64,000 nt of DNA from Eledone cirrhosa (Eukaryota): assembly GCA_964016885.1 (NCBI GenBank), contig OZ024751.1, positions 24,800,001 through 24,864,000 on the forward strand, written 5' to 3'. Position numbers and translations under genes: made by a program. A model generated the notes under the pieces. That model did not search any database and had not been told where the DNA came from. It was given only the letters and a program-made list of their open reading frames with translations. Below are positions 39,784-54,390 of this stretch, piece by piece (within the stretch, counting starts at the first letter, position 1; every line of letters starts with the position of its first letter).

Positions 39784-39999
39784 TGAGGGTGAGGAGGCTG
39801 AAAAGTTCCTGGCTTTGGGTAAAAGAAAATACAAGAGGATCAGTTAATTTTGATTTTATTCAACATATTCTCCTCTCAGATTGACACACTTATTGCAACA
39901 GTCCTTTTTCTAAGCCCTGTAAAAATAACTTGCAAGGTTGGGTCTTCATCCATGCCTCTTAAATACCCTTAAAGCCAGGAACCTTTCAGCACCCCCTCG
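39784..39999 (-). mobile_element. Mariner-derived MITE
   Basis: TIRs gctgaaaagttcctggcttt / aaagccaggaacctttcagcaccccctcg|ta. Confidence 0.85.
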
Positions 40000-41317
40000 T
40001 AACATAATACAATTTCCCCCATCTCTCTCTCTCGTCTTGTTGGTTGACTTTCATTAATGTTTAATCAATATATTTCATTTTGGAGCAAAAGGGCAATAAT
40101 AATAATAATAATAAGCCCCAAGACTCAAAAATATGCCCAACATGCAGAAAATGGCACTACTTAGCAGTGCATATATATTACAGAGTACTGTCAATGCAAT
40201 AATAAAAACTACTAAAACACAACATTGCACATATCTGAGGCACACATCACTGTTATCAATGATGCAGTAACAGCATAGATTAAAAGGGGGCTTAGAGAAA
40301 AATGAAGGGAGATGAAGATCACGACAAAGTTGTGCAAAAATGAGTGAGTTTACTGAATAGGTCAGGGATGAGATATACAAAGAAAACATTTAAAAAATTT
40401 GTGTAAAACTCATATAAGTAGCTGTGAAAACACACATGATAATAATATTAATGATAGTACAGCTGATATTATACTGAAATGATACAGTTTATAGTTCAAG
40501 TTGTAGTTTGGTTTATTTGATATATACCAAAACCCATCAAGAAACTTGAATATATATATATATATATAGTAATAATAATTACGAAGACGAAAATCCAAAG
40601 AGGGCTCAATAAGGATCATATATATATATATATATATATCGGAAGATCCCGTAATAGGGTGAAAGCAGAAATTCTTTGCTTAAACTTTAATCTGTACAAA
40701 TAATATATATATATATGGTGGCTGCCAACTCGTTTTCGAGTACGGCCACTACTTTATATCCATGTAGGAGAACCCCTACCGATGCGCTGAACGAGTGTGA
40801 CTTTTTAGTCCAGCCAGCGACTTGAAAACTCTGGTACAAACACTACACTTGTGACAATTACTGACACATAGTGCTGGGCCCATGGTACCATGTGACGACA
40901 AGTGCAGAGAGATCTCCAGATATAAAGCAATGCCTGTGCCGTGAAGCTTTTATAGTGAGCAAAGGCACTGCACAAAGCCAGTCCCATATATATATACCAG
41001 ACAAATACAATTCGTCTGAAATCATCATTTGCCTCACACTCAATGATTCTACAGAAATCGTATTTTGTAAATACAAATCTGCATATTAGAGGGGACACAA
41101 TACCTTACTTAGTGGAACAAGCGGTGTTGTGTGGGAACACAATATATATATTTTATCTCTACCAAAATACAGACACCATAACTGCTATTAACTGAAATGT
41201 GTGCACTCTGAAGAACAGCTGGCTGCAGTTGCATTACTGCAATTTGGTAAATTTCATTGAGTGAGCTAGACGTTGGCCAGACACCGCTGACTTAATATCA
41301 GCGATCTTCATTACACG

Positions 41318-41352
<35 letters not shown>

Positions 41353-41387
41353 ATATATATGTATATGTGTATGTGTATATATATATG

Positions 41388-41424
<37 letters not shown>

Positions 41425-41765
41425 GGAGGCACATGGCTTAGTGGTTAGAGCATTGGCCTTGCAATCGAAAGGTTGTGACTTCAATTCTCAGACCGGGTGA
41501 TGTGTTGTTTCCTTGAGCAAGACACTTTGTTTCACATTGCTCCAGTTTACTCAGCTGTAGAAATGAGATGATAGGGACTGGGGTCCATATCACTCCACTG
41601 CAAAGTGGACGTGGAGGTGCCACGGCAAAAAAGCACCCAGCACTCACTGTAAATGAGGTTGGTGTTAGGAAGGGCATCCAGCTGTAGAAATCAAGCCAGA
41701 ATCAGTTCCCGTCCCACCCTTGCAAGCAGGGAAAAGCGGACGTAAAATGAAATGATGATGATGAT
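41425..41765 (+). mobile_element. SINE family A, full length
   Basis: Near-identical to the 30175 copy. Confidence 0.9.
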
Positions 41766-41772
41766 ATATATA

Positions 41773-42118
41773 TTTCATTTCATCATTCATTTCATTTTAC
41801 GTCCGCTTTTTCCCTGCTTGCAAGGGTGGGACGGGAACTGATTCTGGCTTGATTTCTACAGCTGGATGCCCTTCCTAACACCAGCCTCATTTACAGTGTG
41901 GGCTGGGTGCTTTTTTGCCGTGGCACCTCCACGACCACTTTGCAGTGGAATGATAGGGACCGCAGTCCCTATCATCTCATTTCTACAGCTGAGTAAACTG
42001 GAGCAATGTGAAATAAAGTGTCTAGCTCAAGGAAACAACACATCACCCGGTCTGAGAATTGAACTCACAACCTTTCGATTGCAAGGCCAATGCTCTAACC
42101 ACTAAGCCATGTGCCTCC
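41773..42118 (-). mobile_element. SINE family A, full length, tail-to-tail with the 41425 copy
   Basis: Reverse complement of the preceding copy with a few substitutions. Confidence 0.9.
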
Positions 42119-43335
42119 ATATATATATATATATAAAATAAGAAGTCTAAAAGAGGAGTTAGCCCTGTGTGGTCTGTGACAACCATCATATTTATCTTGG
42201 GGTTGTTTTTGTGGCATATATAAAAATATGTATCTCACATACGTTAAAATATTAATATATAGTAAAAGATAATTTCCATTGCTGTTCAGGTGATATCATG
42301 TGTGTGTGTGTGTTACTGATATCTTAAATTACACAGCATGATATTCTAAGAACACTTTAAAAGCATGCCTACATTTGTTTTTGTTTTTCTTTGTTTTTGT
42401 TTTTTTTACTTTATATTTGTGTTTTTTGAAAATGTAGCTTTTCAAATTGAGTGGGTTATATATATATACATACATACATATATGTATCTTTTTTTGTTGT
42501 TATTTTTTTAGATTAATCTTTCTGTACATATCGCCATTTATATATAAAAATAAACTTAGTGGTCTTAATAGAATGTGCATACTTAACCTACATACAAATG
42601 TACATAAAATATACATACACACATACACACATACATATTTACCCTTGGTACATACATATGTATACACTATTGGATGACCATAAACTGTCCAGAATTCCTC
42701 CACCCACTGATGGGTTTTGTTTTTCATCCTGCAGGGTGTCCAAAAATCACTCCCCTCCCCATCAAGAAAGCTTGGTGTGGTTGCCTGTTTAGTCATTAAT
42801 GACCCAATCATGTGGCAGGATGTGGCATGGGCTACATGCATTTGTTTACAAATACTTACATATATACATAATTATACATACATGCAGACATACATGCAGA
42901 CAAGTGTACATAGATACGCATCTTACATATACATACATTCACTTATATATATATATATATAACGAAGGAAATGTGGTAAGGAACCAGGTGGACCATAACG
43001 CACCAAAGTACTCAATACTTAGGGTAGTAGAGTGGGTAATAGGAACGAGTAGGACCCCAACGGCTGAGCTCAAGCCGTTTCGACGGCTAATTCTGGACTA
43101 ATATATATATATATATAATTATAAGTGGGAAGAGCAAATAAGCTAAAGAGTTAGCTAAATTTATTTCAATGTCTCAACTGGGCAAAACTGGTAAAGTTAT
43201 ATATGTGTTTATACTTATATATATAGTAATAATAATAAATTTGAAGACTAAAATCCAAAGAGGGCTCGATAAGGATAAATATATATCAAATATATAAGAA
43301 CCGTAGAGCAAATATTTATTAAATCTGTTATTTTA

Positions 43336-43374
<39 letters not shown>

Positions 43375-43899
43375 AATGAAAATGGATGCAGTAAAACCAG
43401 TTAGACCATTACTCACCAGCGTACTCAATACTTGGGGTAGTAGAGTGTGGTAATATGTAAGAGCCGGGACACCGACAGCTGAGCTCCAGCCATTTCAACA
43501 GCTAGGTCCAAACATATATAAATGCATAGATACAAGTGTATATCCCTACATGTATAACATTCTTCGTATTTGACACAAGATTTCTTTTAAAACCTGTTAC
43601 TCCTATTTACAAATATAATTGTTTTAAAATTTATCTAAATCTGTTGAAGTTGTCAGCATCATTTTTACCTTCATAGTTTATCTTCTTGTTAGATTCACAC
43701 CTTAAAGTTTGTTTATTATTCTCTTAAAGGGCAAGACCAACAGAAATTATAGCCCCCCCCCCTCCCCCCAACACCTTTATAATGTTCCCTCTAAGTTATA
43801 TTTGTGTGTCGTTGTGCAGTTGCTTTCAATTTAGCCCTTTCTTTACCCTACACACTGGCAATAACTTTGAAAATAATTTGGAGGCATTTAGTAATATAA

Positions 43900-44360
43900 C
43901 TTTCATCTTTACGGGGTCGATAAAATAAAGTACCAGTAATACACTGGATAATTGCTGGCCTTGTGCCTAAAGTAGAAACAATTATTAATCGCTGGATTGG
44001 CAGCATCAGTAGAGCATCAGACGCCATGCTTTGAAGCATAGAGTTACGGCCCTTTACGTTCTGAATTCAAATCCTGCCGAGGTTAACTTTGCCTTTCATC
44101 CTTACAGGGTCGTTAAAGTAAAAGCACCAGTAATGCACTGGAGGTAATTGCTGGCCTTGTGTCAAAAGTAGAAACAATTATTGAAGGGTGGTGGATTGTC
44201 AGTATCGGTAGAGCGTCAGACACCATACTTTGCAGCATAGTTATGGCCCTTTACGTTCGAGGTTTGCTTTGCCTTTTATCCTTACGAGGTCGATAGAATA
44301 AAGCACCAGTAATGCACTGGGTTAATTGCAGGCCTTGTGCCAAAAGTGGAAACAATTATT
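43900..44360 (+). mobile_element. Three tandem SINE family B copies (first 5'-truncated)
   Basis: Repeated core + gctggccttgtgcc...agaaacaattatt tail. Confidence 0.85.
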
Positions 44361-47300
44361 AATCCTTTAGCATTTACATTACTTTATATTAGTTACTATT
44401 TTATTTTCATGGTAAACACTTTACCTCACATAATATTGAATGTATGAGATTTTGAAATCATTTATTTTGAGAAAAATACCTGAACATCAGTATGAGTGGC
44501 CAGTTTAAACACAGAGAGGTGAGAGAATTCTGGCCGGATATGGCCAGTTTAAATACTAAAGGGTTAAGTTGGTGTTTGAACCTCAAGCGTTAGGGCTGAT
44601 AGAATTCAGTTTGTTTGTTTTTTTAATATATATTTTAATAATTTGTTAATAGTTTTATTGTTCAACTTGTCTTCCAATTATTACAAGTTTCCTATTTAAA
44701 ATTCTAAAGACTTCAAAATGTAGTTACACAGCACAATTAGTTGTTCATTGTCTATTGCTGATAAGCATGTAAATTTATTTCCTTGGGTTTTTTTATTTAT
44801 TTATAAATTTCATCATCACTGTATATTCTATATATAGATGAAATCTGTCTCGTTAAAATTAATCTATCTATCTATATATTATTCAGTTGTAATCAGTGGA
44901 AATAGAAGCTCAGAGTAGCTACTGAGTGATGCTTTAGCTTTGAATAAATTACTATATATATATATATATATGAAAATATAGTTGCCACAATACAGTTAAC
45001 TATAATAGTTGATAACTATAAATAACCATTGAATAAATCGGGTAAACACGCACACACACATATGTGTGTAAGTATGTTTCTATTATATAAAAAATATATA
45101 TGATATATTCTAATATTAGCTAAGTGGTAGAATATTTCCAAACAGCTGTTGTGAATCTCCAAATTAATTTCAGTGAGGAGTTATCTTCTCCTTTCTCTAT
45201 TGCTTCCCGCTATTTTCTAGAAAAATATGCAGCAGCAGCAACAACAATGTGGCTTAGTGGTAAGGGTTACAATCATAATGTCAGGGTTTCAATTGCTGGC
45301 CTGGGTTGCATGTTCTGTTCTTGAACAAAACACTTCATTTTACCTTGATCCAATATACGCAGCTGAAAATGAGTACCAGCTGTAGCTGGAGGTTTAACAC
45401 TGTGATGGGCTGGCATCCTGTCCAGGGGGGAAGTCATGTACTCTCAGTCACTTCACGCTACAAGACCAGGATAAGTACCAACCTAAAAAGCCTTCTGGCT
45501 TAAGACAAACTTTAGCAACAACTACAACAAGATAACCATAAGATATAACTATTTTTATATAGTGTTTTGTAAAGAAACTGAGGTTTCCTATAATATTGAT
45601 TATTTTATAACAGTGTTGTTGGAAATATAAATTTAAATCATTTTAAAAATGATACAATGCATTAGAAAATTAAAGGTGATAAGATAACGATAGAATCATA
45701 CCTTAGCAAATTTAATAATCCCAAATATTTTCAGCTTTAAAAACCCATTATCAAGGGGGTATCCCTGTGAACGTCTTAAGGGACCGGTCGGAGATGAGTT
45801 GTTAAGAAGGTAAATTTACCTTCTTAACAACAACAACGATTTACAATGGACCAGAAACTGCAGTGTTTATCTGGCATAGCTTGATATATATTTAATGTTT
45901 GGATGTGACAGAGATTCTGACAGGGAGGTGAGTGTTATGGAGAAGATAGACATATGTTGTGGCAGTTGTTCATTGAATTAATTTATATTATCCTCTAAAT
46001 CAGGGATCTCTTAAATATTTAAGACCACAAACCATCTTTCATGGAATTCTTAACTCCTACCATCGACCCCAGACTTGTACAAAAATAAATAAGTAGATAT
46101 ATAAATAAATTAGTTAACAGAATGTAAAATAAAATAGGCAATAAGACCATATATATACATCAGAAACATGTATATAAGGAGGTTAGTGAAGGTGTGTAGC
46201 CCAGTGGTAAAGGTGTTGGACTTACGATCATAATGGCATGGGTTTGATTCCTGAGCTGAGTTGCATGTTGTGTTCTTAAGCAAAACACTTCATTTCACAT
46301 TGCTCTAGTATATTCAGCTGAACATGAATACCAGCAATAGCTGGGGGAGTTTAAACGTGTGATGGACTGGAATCTTGTCCAGAGAGGAATCTTGTACTCC
46401 ATGCCGTGAAACTGGGATAAGCACCGGCAGACTTTAGACTAGACTAGAGATATAAGTAAGTTGTATTTTCAATTCTGATACAAATGTCAAGTCTTGGCCC
46501 AAAAGCTCAATCAAACTCCTGGGTAGCACCATTGATACAAATACATACACACACACACACACCTTTTGAAACTGTTTTTCATCTTTTTGGGAGGGTCAGT
46601 AAAATAAAGTACCAGTCAAGTATTGGGGTGCAATTTAACACTTAGGCTTTGTGTTCCAAATTCAAATCACGTAGCAGCCTACTGGGGTGGTAGGCTTAAC
46701 ACCATCACAACCACCACCACCACCAGGCCTCCAGTTTGAGGATAACCTCTTATCTGACTCATTAGTAAAATTGTGATCCCAAATTTATAATCCTGTGTCT
46801 TATGTTAGAAACAGTTCTGACAAGAGGTCATGGGGTACATCTAACATTAGTGTGTGCCTTATTGTTTGTAAATTTAATGCAATGCTTTCATCTAAATTGA
46901 AAACTGATATTTTTTAGATTGATTAATAAACCCCCACCTCCCCCCTCCATAACACCTGTAACTAATAAACCCCCCCCCCCCCACCACACCCTAATAAACT
47001 CCCACCTCTCCCCTCTAAAATACCTGTATTTTGGTGTTGAGTTTTTTCTTTTTAATAATTTGTTTTGGATTCTGTTTTTAATTTTTTGTTTGTTTTTGGC
47101 TAATTTCTTCTCTAAATGATACCTTCAAAATACCAGTGTTTCAAGTTCCTCTCCGCATTGCAGTCTTCTATTTTCGGTTTTCCTCTTCAGATTCTGTTGT
47201 GTTATTCAAACCAAATTGTTATCTCTTGTTTCAAGGTAGTGTTTGTTACTTTTGTTTATATTTTGGTCATCATTTTGATTGAGAACTAATCTGTCTTCCT

Positions 47301-48331
47301 ACCTTAACCTATAAAAACTCTAATTCCTCAAATTCTTCCTAGCTGCATGGTTACTTCGTTTGTTTATGTATAGAAACATAGTTCAGTTTCTTTTTTATGA
47401 TAAATAACAAAATATTTTTTTCTACAAATATATATATATCTTTCTGATTTATAAAGAAAATATTGTTTTTTATAGTTGTGTTATAGTTTCAATATCTTAT
47501 TGTTATTATTTTTATTTTGACAGTGAAAATATATTGACTTTTTCTTGTTGAAAATCTTTCTACTTTTATCAAGGCCATATTAATCTATGGCTGAACCGTT
47601 AGGTTTTCAGCTATTTTGGGCCCTTCTCTTCCACTTTAGTCACCGCACTACAGCAAAAATACTTGAATACAGAGGCAGGATAGAGTTACCACTCTTTACA
47701 TTCTGAGTTCAAACCATACCGAAGTTCGATTTGCCTTTCATCCTTATGGGGTCGATTTAATCAACTTTCCCATCCTCTCGGAAGCCATTATGAGAATAGA
47801 GGGTTGGCAGAATCATTAGAGCATCGGAGAAATAATTTGTGGTTGTTGTTCCTGCTTTTATGTCGGAGTTTAAATACTACTGAGGTCAACTTTGCTTTTC
47901 ATCCTTCTAAGGTTGATAAAATAAAGTACCAGTCAAGTACTGGGGTCGATGGAACCAATGTGCCCCCCATGCTCTCTTTCAAATTGCAGGCCTTGTGCTA
48001 AATTACAAACATTTTATTATTTCTATTAATTTATTTAAAGAAGGAAACTGTTATTAACTGGACATGTTTTTAACAGTTGTAAAAAATCCACTTCTATTAC
48101 ACCTGCCTATATCTAGCAGAAATAACCACCTTAATTGATTGGAGTGGCAAACTCTGTTACTTTAATTTATGAAACCTCTAGAACAATTTGTTAAGCCCTC
48201 TAGATTAAGGTCGCTTGACAAGAACTTTCTCCCTGGAGTTAGACACTTATAAGGTTCTTTTATTTTAAAGTACTTCACTGCAATCTTCTCTTTGGTCAAT
48301 TCTGAGCCTTATTTGAGATGGTTCTGTATTT

Positions 48332-48366
<35 letters not shown>

Positions 48367-48477
48367 TGAAGTGGGTGTTTTAAATAAGTGTATATAAAAT
48401 GTTCAAACAATAATTAAATGAGCATCCAATACATGCTAGCAGAGTGTAATATTTAAGAAAAATTATATATATATATT

Positions 48478-48508
<31 letters not shown>

Positions 48509-48959
48509 ATATATATGTATGTCATCCAGTGAACTTCAGATTCTGCGATATCTCTCGAAACAAAAAGTAGGGGGAGACAACTACATTTTACTTCCAGGAG
48601 TAGAAGAAATGTCTAATATCTCTCTCTCTCTCTCTCCACACTCACACATAAATATACACACAGTAACAGTAATTCTTCTATTCTACTATATTGTTTGTTC
48701 TTACCATTGTTCTATACACATTACCTAACTTGTATATTCCTCTATTTCTACCAGTACCACACTTCAGGAGACCTTCCTAATTTTTTTGACACTTACATGC
48801 AAATGGTAAGTTGGTGCAATTACTGCTGCTAACTATCAGCTTATTCATCATCACCATCATCAATACCATCGTCAACAATAATACTACTGTTCTTATCGTC
48901 ACTATCATTACGTCATGTCATGGTTAATTCCTTTAAGTCTTCTGTAATAAAGTGAAAAT

Positions 48960-49232
48960 AATCTGTTGTACCGGATGTTTTTGATTAAACAATCCTATGC
49001 CACATATGTCACAAAATATGCAAATCTAAAGGATGTTCTAAAGAGACATGTCAAGGTTCATCAAGATCAGATAACTCAGGCAGTTGAAGCTACACTGAAA
49101 CTAAGGTGCAATTTATGTGGGTGGCATTTTAAAAGTATGTCTGCTCTAAAAAGCCACATGGGTTCTCATGGCAGAACCGAGCTCCGAGTACATTGAAGTG
49201 GTCAAGCTTTGTATTGAGCAGACAACCATCCT
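48960..49232 (+). mobile_element. 5'-truncated LINE 3' end (probably RTE-like) with two C2H2 fingers, one frameshifted
   Basis: CHICHKICKSKG/(frameshift)/LKRHVKVH then CNLCGWHFKSMSALKSHMGSH, stop, ~35-nt UTR, then (TA)n; no TGEKP linker. Confidence 0.55.
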
Positions 49233-49250
49233 ATATATATATATTTTACA

Positions 49251-49284
<34 letters not shown>

Positions 49285-49874
49285 ATCATCATCACCATTT
49301 TAAAGTGGAAGAATGGATGTAAAACTGTGATGATATATATATATATATATATATGGTCATGCATACATGATTATATATACATGTTACGTGTGTGTGTGTG
49401 TGCCATTTACCTTTGTAACATTTATATATGCCTGTGCCCTTGTGCATGTATGTGTGCATATAAACTTGCACACCACATCCGTCTCTTCGCTTTCATTTTC
49501 ATTTTATAATAAAGAAGACTTATAGGACTTTCCCCCCTTCATATATTACCCCCCTCCCCTCTGTTGTTATTGAACACCGACACTGCCTACATCTCCCCAG
49601 CCACTCATGTCTACCACTATCATTATCACTACCCCACCCCACCCCCCATCAATCCACCTTACAACACAGCAGCCTATCATTTACCTTTATCCAAGCTGCC
49701 ATCTGTCTCTCTGTGTTGTTGTTGTTGTTGTTGTTTTTTAAACTAAGTTGTTGCTCTTTTGTTTGTATTTTTATTTTGTTCTTTTTCTGTGTTTTTTCTT
49801 TATTTGATTTTCATTTTTGTTGTCTCAGATTTTGTCTATTATTAATGCTAATAATCCTGCCAGAATGTTATTGC

Positions 49875-49917
<43 letters not shown>

Positions 49918-51186
49918 GGGTCGATAAAATAAAGTACCAGTCATGCACTGGGGTTGATTTAATCGACATTCCCCTCCCCCTCAAAATTGCTGGCCTTGTG
50001 CCTAAATCAGAAACCATTATGAGGATAGAAGTTGAAAAAAATACTTTGTAATGTTGAGAATATTATATAATAATAACATTGATAATGTCTTTATAAAATT
50101 ATGTATTTATAGAATGATAATGACTTTATGGAATGATAATGTTTTTTTAGAATGATGTATTCATAGAATGATGTATTTATAGAATGATAATGACTTTATG
50201 AAATGATGTATTTATAGAATGATAATGTATAATTTTGATGTCTTTGTAGAATGACAAAGGTGCTTTTTTTTTCCTCTTTCTGCAATTAATATAATATATT
50301 TTTATATATTAAATCACCCACTTTTTAAAAATGTTATTTTAAATAGGACTGTATGTGTGTGGTAATGGTAACTTAGTGATTAGGGTGTTCTGTTCACGAA
50401 CTCAAGGTTGTGTGTTCAATTCTGATGGCACATTGTGTCCTTAAGCAAGACACTTTATTTCTCATTGTGCCACCCCATCCAGTTGGCAAAAGTTTGTGCC
50501 TGTAATTGAAAGGGGCCAGCCGTAGCACACACTGTCATACAGAATATCTGCCGTGAGAACTATGTTATGGGTGCACGTGTCTGTGGAATGCTCAGCCACT
50601 TCCAGATTAATTTCATGAGCAAGCTGTTCTGTTTATCAAACAGCCGGAACTCTCAACGTCATTACCACTGGCGGACCAATAGCATTATTCGTCAATCAGT
50701 AACTGGACAGTTAGAGTTATTCCCCTTCACATTAGACACTCTGTTTTTTTTAGTCTTCTAATTATGAAAGTCTGACTTGATTCTAGTTTAGAATCTCCCC
50801 CCTCTAACTATTCACACACAAACACACACAGTCTCTACTATCCACCTTTGTTAATAGTTTAAAATCTGTGTGTCATGCCGTGCTAGACAAGTGTGTTTTA
50901 TAGTCTCAAGTTGACCAATGCTGTGTGAATTGAATTTGGTAGGCAGAAACTGTACAGATGCCCTTTGTATATATTGAATGTTTTAATTTTCTTATACTTG
51001 ATTCTTTTATTTCTTGTTTCATCTTCCTAAACATTACACTGTTGGGAGGGGATATTTTGAAAATATCTTTTTATTTTTTATTTTTTGTGGTTTTAAAGAT
51101 CTATTTGTCTCTATAGTTAATGATGAAAAGTACAATCAGAGATAGACTGGGCATAAGGTTATTTGGCCTCTGGTGGGTGGACCACT

Positions 51187-52520
51187 GGTGTCACCTTAGC
51201 TGGACAGTATCACCTTAGCTGAACAGTGTGACCTTAGCTGGACAGTGTCACCTTAGTTCGGCAGTGTCACCTTAGTTTGGCAGTGTCACCTTAGCTGGGC
51301 AGTGTCACCTTAGTTTGGCAGTGTCACCTTAGTTTGGCAGTGTCACCTTAGCTGAACAGTGTGACCTTAGCTGGACAGTGTCACTTTAGCTGGGCAGTGT
51401 CACCTTAGCTGGGCAGTGTCACCTTAGCTGGGCAGTGTCACCTTAGTATGGCAGTGTCACCTTAGCTGGGCAGTGTCACCTTAGCTGAACAGTGTCACCT
51501 TAGCTGGACAGTGTCACCTTAGCTGGACAGTGTCACCTTAGCTGGGCAGTGTCACCTTAGTTTGGCAGTGTCACCTTAGCTGGACAGTATCACCTTAGCT
51601 GAACAGTGTCACCTTAGCTGAACAGTGTGACCTTAGCTGGACAGTGTGACCTTAGCTGGGCAGTGTCACCTTAGTTTGGCAGTGTGACCTTAGCTGGGCA
51701 GTGTTACCTTAGTTTGGCAGTGTCACCTTAGCTTGGCAGTGTCACCTTAGCTTGGCAGTGTCACCTTAGCTTGGCAGTGTCACCTTAGCTGGACAGTGTC
51801 ACCTTAGCTGGACAGTGTCACCTTAGCTGGGCAGTGTCACCTTAGTTTGGCAGTGTCACCTTAGCTGGACAGTATCACCTTAGCTGAACAGTGTCACCTT
51901 AGCTGAACAGTGTCACCTTAGCTGGACAGTATCACCTTAGCTGAACAGTGTCACCTTAGCTTGGCAGTGTCACCTTAGCTGGGCAGTGTCACCTTAGTTT
52001 GGCAGTGTCACCTTAGCTGGGCAGTGTCACCTTAGCTGGGCAGTGTCACCTTAGTTTGGCAGTGTCACCTTAGCTGGGCAGTGTCACCTTAGCTGAACAG
52101 TGTCACCTTAGCTGGACAGTGTCACCTTAGCTGGACAGTGTCACCTTAGCTGGGCAGTGTCACCTTAGCTGGACAGTATCACCTTAGCTGAACAGTGTCA
52201 CCTTAGCTGGACAGTATCACCTTAGCTGAACAGTGTCACCTTAGCTGAACAGTGTGACCTTAGCTGAACAGTGTGACCTTAGCTGGACAGTGTGACCTTA
52301 GCTGGGCAGTGTCACCTTAGTTTGGCAGTGTGACCTTAGCTGGGCAGTGTCACCTTAGTTTGGCAGTGTCACCTTAGCTTGGCAGTGTCACCTTAGCTTG
52401 GCAGTGTCACCTTAGCTTGGCAGTGTCACCTTAGCTTGGCAGTGTCACCTTAGCTTGGCAGTGTCACCTTAGCTGGGCAGTGTCACCTTAGCTGGGCAGT
52501 GTCACCTTAGTTAAGCAGTG
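51187..52520. repeat. 19-bp minisatellite, about 70 copies
   Basis: cagtgtcaccttag + variable 5-mer (ctgga/ctggg/tttgg/ctgaa/cttgg). Confidence 0.98.
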
Positions 52521-52582
52521 AAAACACATATCTGGCCCTCAACAGTTAGTCTGTTAGTCAGTGTCACCTTAGCTAAGCAGAC

Positions 52583-52778
52583 TTCCATGCTTCCCAAAAT
52601 TCGCCAACATTACACCTGATAATCCCCCTCCATACACACATATGTATCAGTATGTATATCATGACTCATGCACTGTTCACTTTCCTGACATTTGTACATT
52701 ATTCTATGAACTATGCATACACCTTTGATGAGTTGTAGTGCACCTGAGCACTGTACACAATAATTTTCATTATTATTA
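52583..52778 (+). mobile_element. CR1-type LINE 3'UTR fragment
   Basis: Homologous to 35604-35812, including the hairpin and (ATT)n tail. Confidence 0.85.
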
Positions 52779-53084
52779 TCTGGCCCTCAACAGTTAGGTA
52801 TCTGTTAGTGTCACCTTAGCTGAGCAGTGAAAACATATATCGATTTCTCAATACTTGTTTCTTAGTAAAGCTGCTACTTTGATATTTCATATATTTATAT
52901 GTGACTTATAATGTAAGTAGGGAACAGCTTATAACTGGTACAAAGCAACAATACTTCTGCACTCTCTGTTTACTGTGTATTATGTGGTGTTGTTACCCTT
53001 TACTGTTAGTTTAAACAAACACCAACTTTTGTTTTGACAAACCTAGCCACATGCATGTGTGTATGCAAGTTTAGAAATATAGAT

Positions 53085-53128
53085 GTGTGTTTGTGTGTGT
53101 GTGTGTGTGTATGTGTATATATATATAT

Positions 53129-53159
<31 letters not shown>

Positions 53160-53214
53160 AACACACATCTATATTTCTAAACTTTTCAAGCAAGAATATT
53201 CTCTCCTCATTCTG

Positions 53215-53245
<31 letters not shown>

Positions 53246-54390
53246 CCACCTACCCACACACACACATTCACACAGACAGACACACACACACACACACACA
53301 CACACCTACCCACACACACATTCACACAGACACCCACACACACACCCACCTACCCACACGCACACCTACCTACCCACACACCTACCCACACACCTACCCA
53401 CACACACATTCACAGACACCCACACACCTACCCACACACACACCCACACACCCACTTACCCACAGACACATTCACACACACAGACACCCACACACACACA
53501 TTCACACAGACACCCACACACACACCCACCTACCCACACGCACACCTACCTACCCACACACCTACCCACACACACATTCACAGACACCCACACACCCACA
53601 CACCTACCCACACACACACCCACACACCCACTTACCCACAGACACATTCACACACACAGACACCCACACACACACATTCACACAGACACCCACACACACA
53701 CCCACTTACCCCCCCCCACACACTTGCAATGTACTCTTTACTAAAGTGACCCCACCCTCCACCCCACCAATTCCAATGTCTGTATGACCTTGGAGACATT
53801 TGCATGTCAAAATATTGTTCCTTCCCCCTCTCTACCATTCTTATTAAATGTCATCTACATAGATATCATTGTCTCTCTCCCTCTCTCTCTCTGTAAGGGG
53901 CCTCTCCCTCTCTCACTCTGTCTGTCTCTCACACACACTCTCTCTGTCTGTCTGTCTCTCACACACACTCTCTCTGTCTGTCTGTCTCTCTCATTCTCTC
54001 TGTCTGTCTCTCACACATTCTCTCTCTGTCTGTCTCTCACACATTCTCTCTCTGTCTGTCTCTCACACATTCTCTCTCTCTCTCTGTCTGTCTCTCTCAC
54101 ACTCTCTCTGTCTCTCTCACACTCTCTCTGTCTCTCTCTCTCACACTCTCTCTGTCTCTCTCTCTCACACTCTCTCTCTCACACTCTCTCTGTCTCTCTC
54201 TCTCACACTCTCTCTCTCTCTCACACTCTCTCTGTCTCTCACACTCTCTCTGTCTCTCTCTCTCACACTCTCTCTCTGTCTCTCTCTCTGTCTCTCTCTC
54301 TCACACTCTCTCTCTGTCTCTCTCTCTCACACTCTCTCTCTGTCTCTCTCACACTCTCTCTGTCTGTCTCTCTCACACTCCCTCCCTCCC
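53085..54390. repeat. (CA)-rich then (CT)-rich degenerate microsatellite blocks
   Basis: Direct reading. Confidence 0.95.

Noticed and set aside
48966-49196. Host C2H2 zinc-finger gene
   Set aside because: First finger is frameshifted, there is no TGEKP linker, and it ends in a short UTR plus microsatellite as LINE 3' ends do.
51187-52520. CRISPR-like array (constant repeat with variable insert)
   Set aside because: Variable part is only 5 nt and recurs; eukaryotic context; no cas genes. The other arrays also lack unique spacers.
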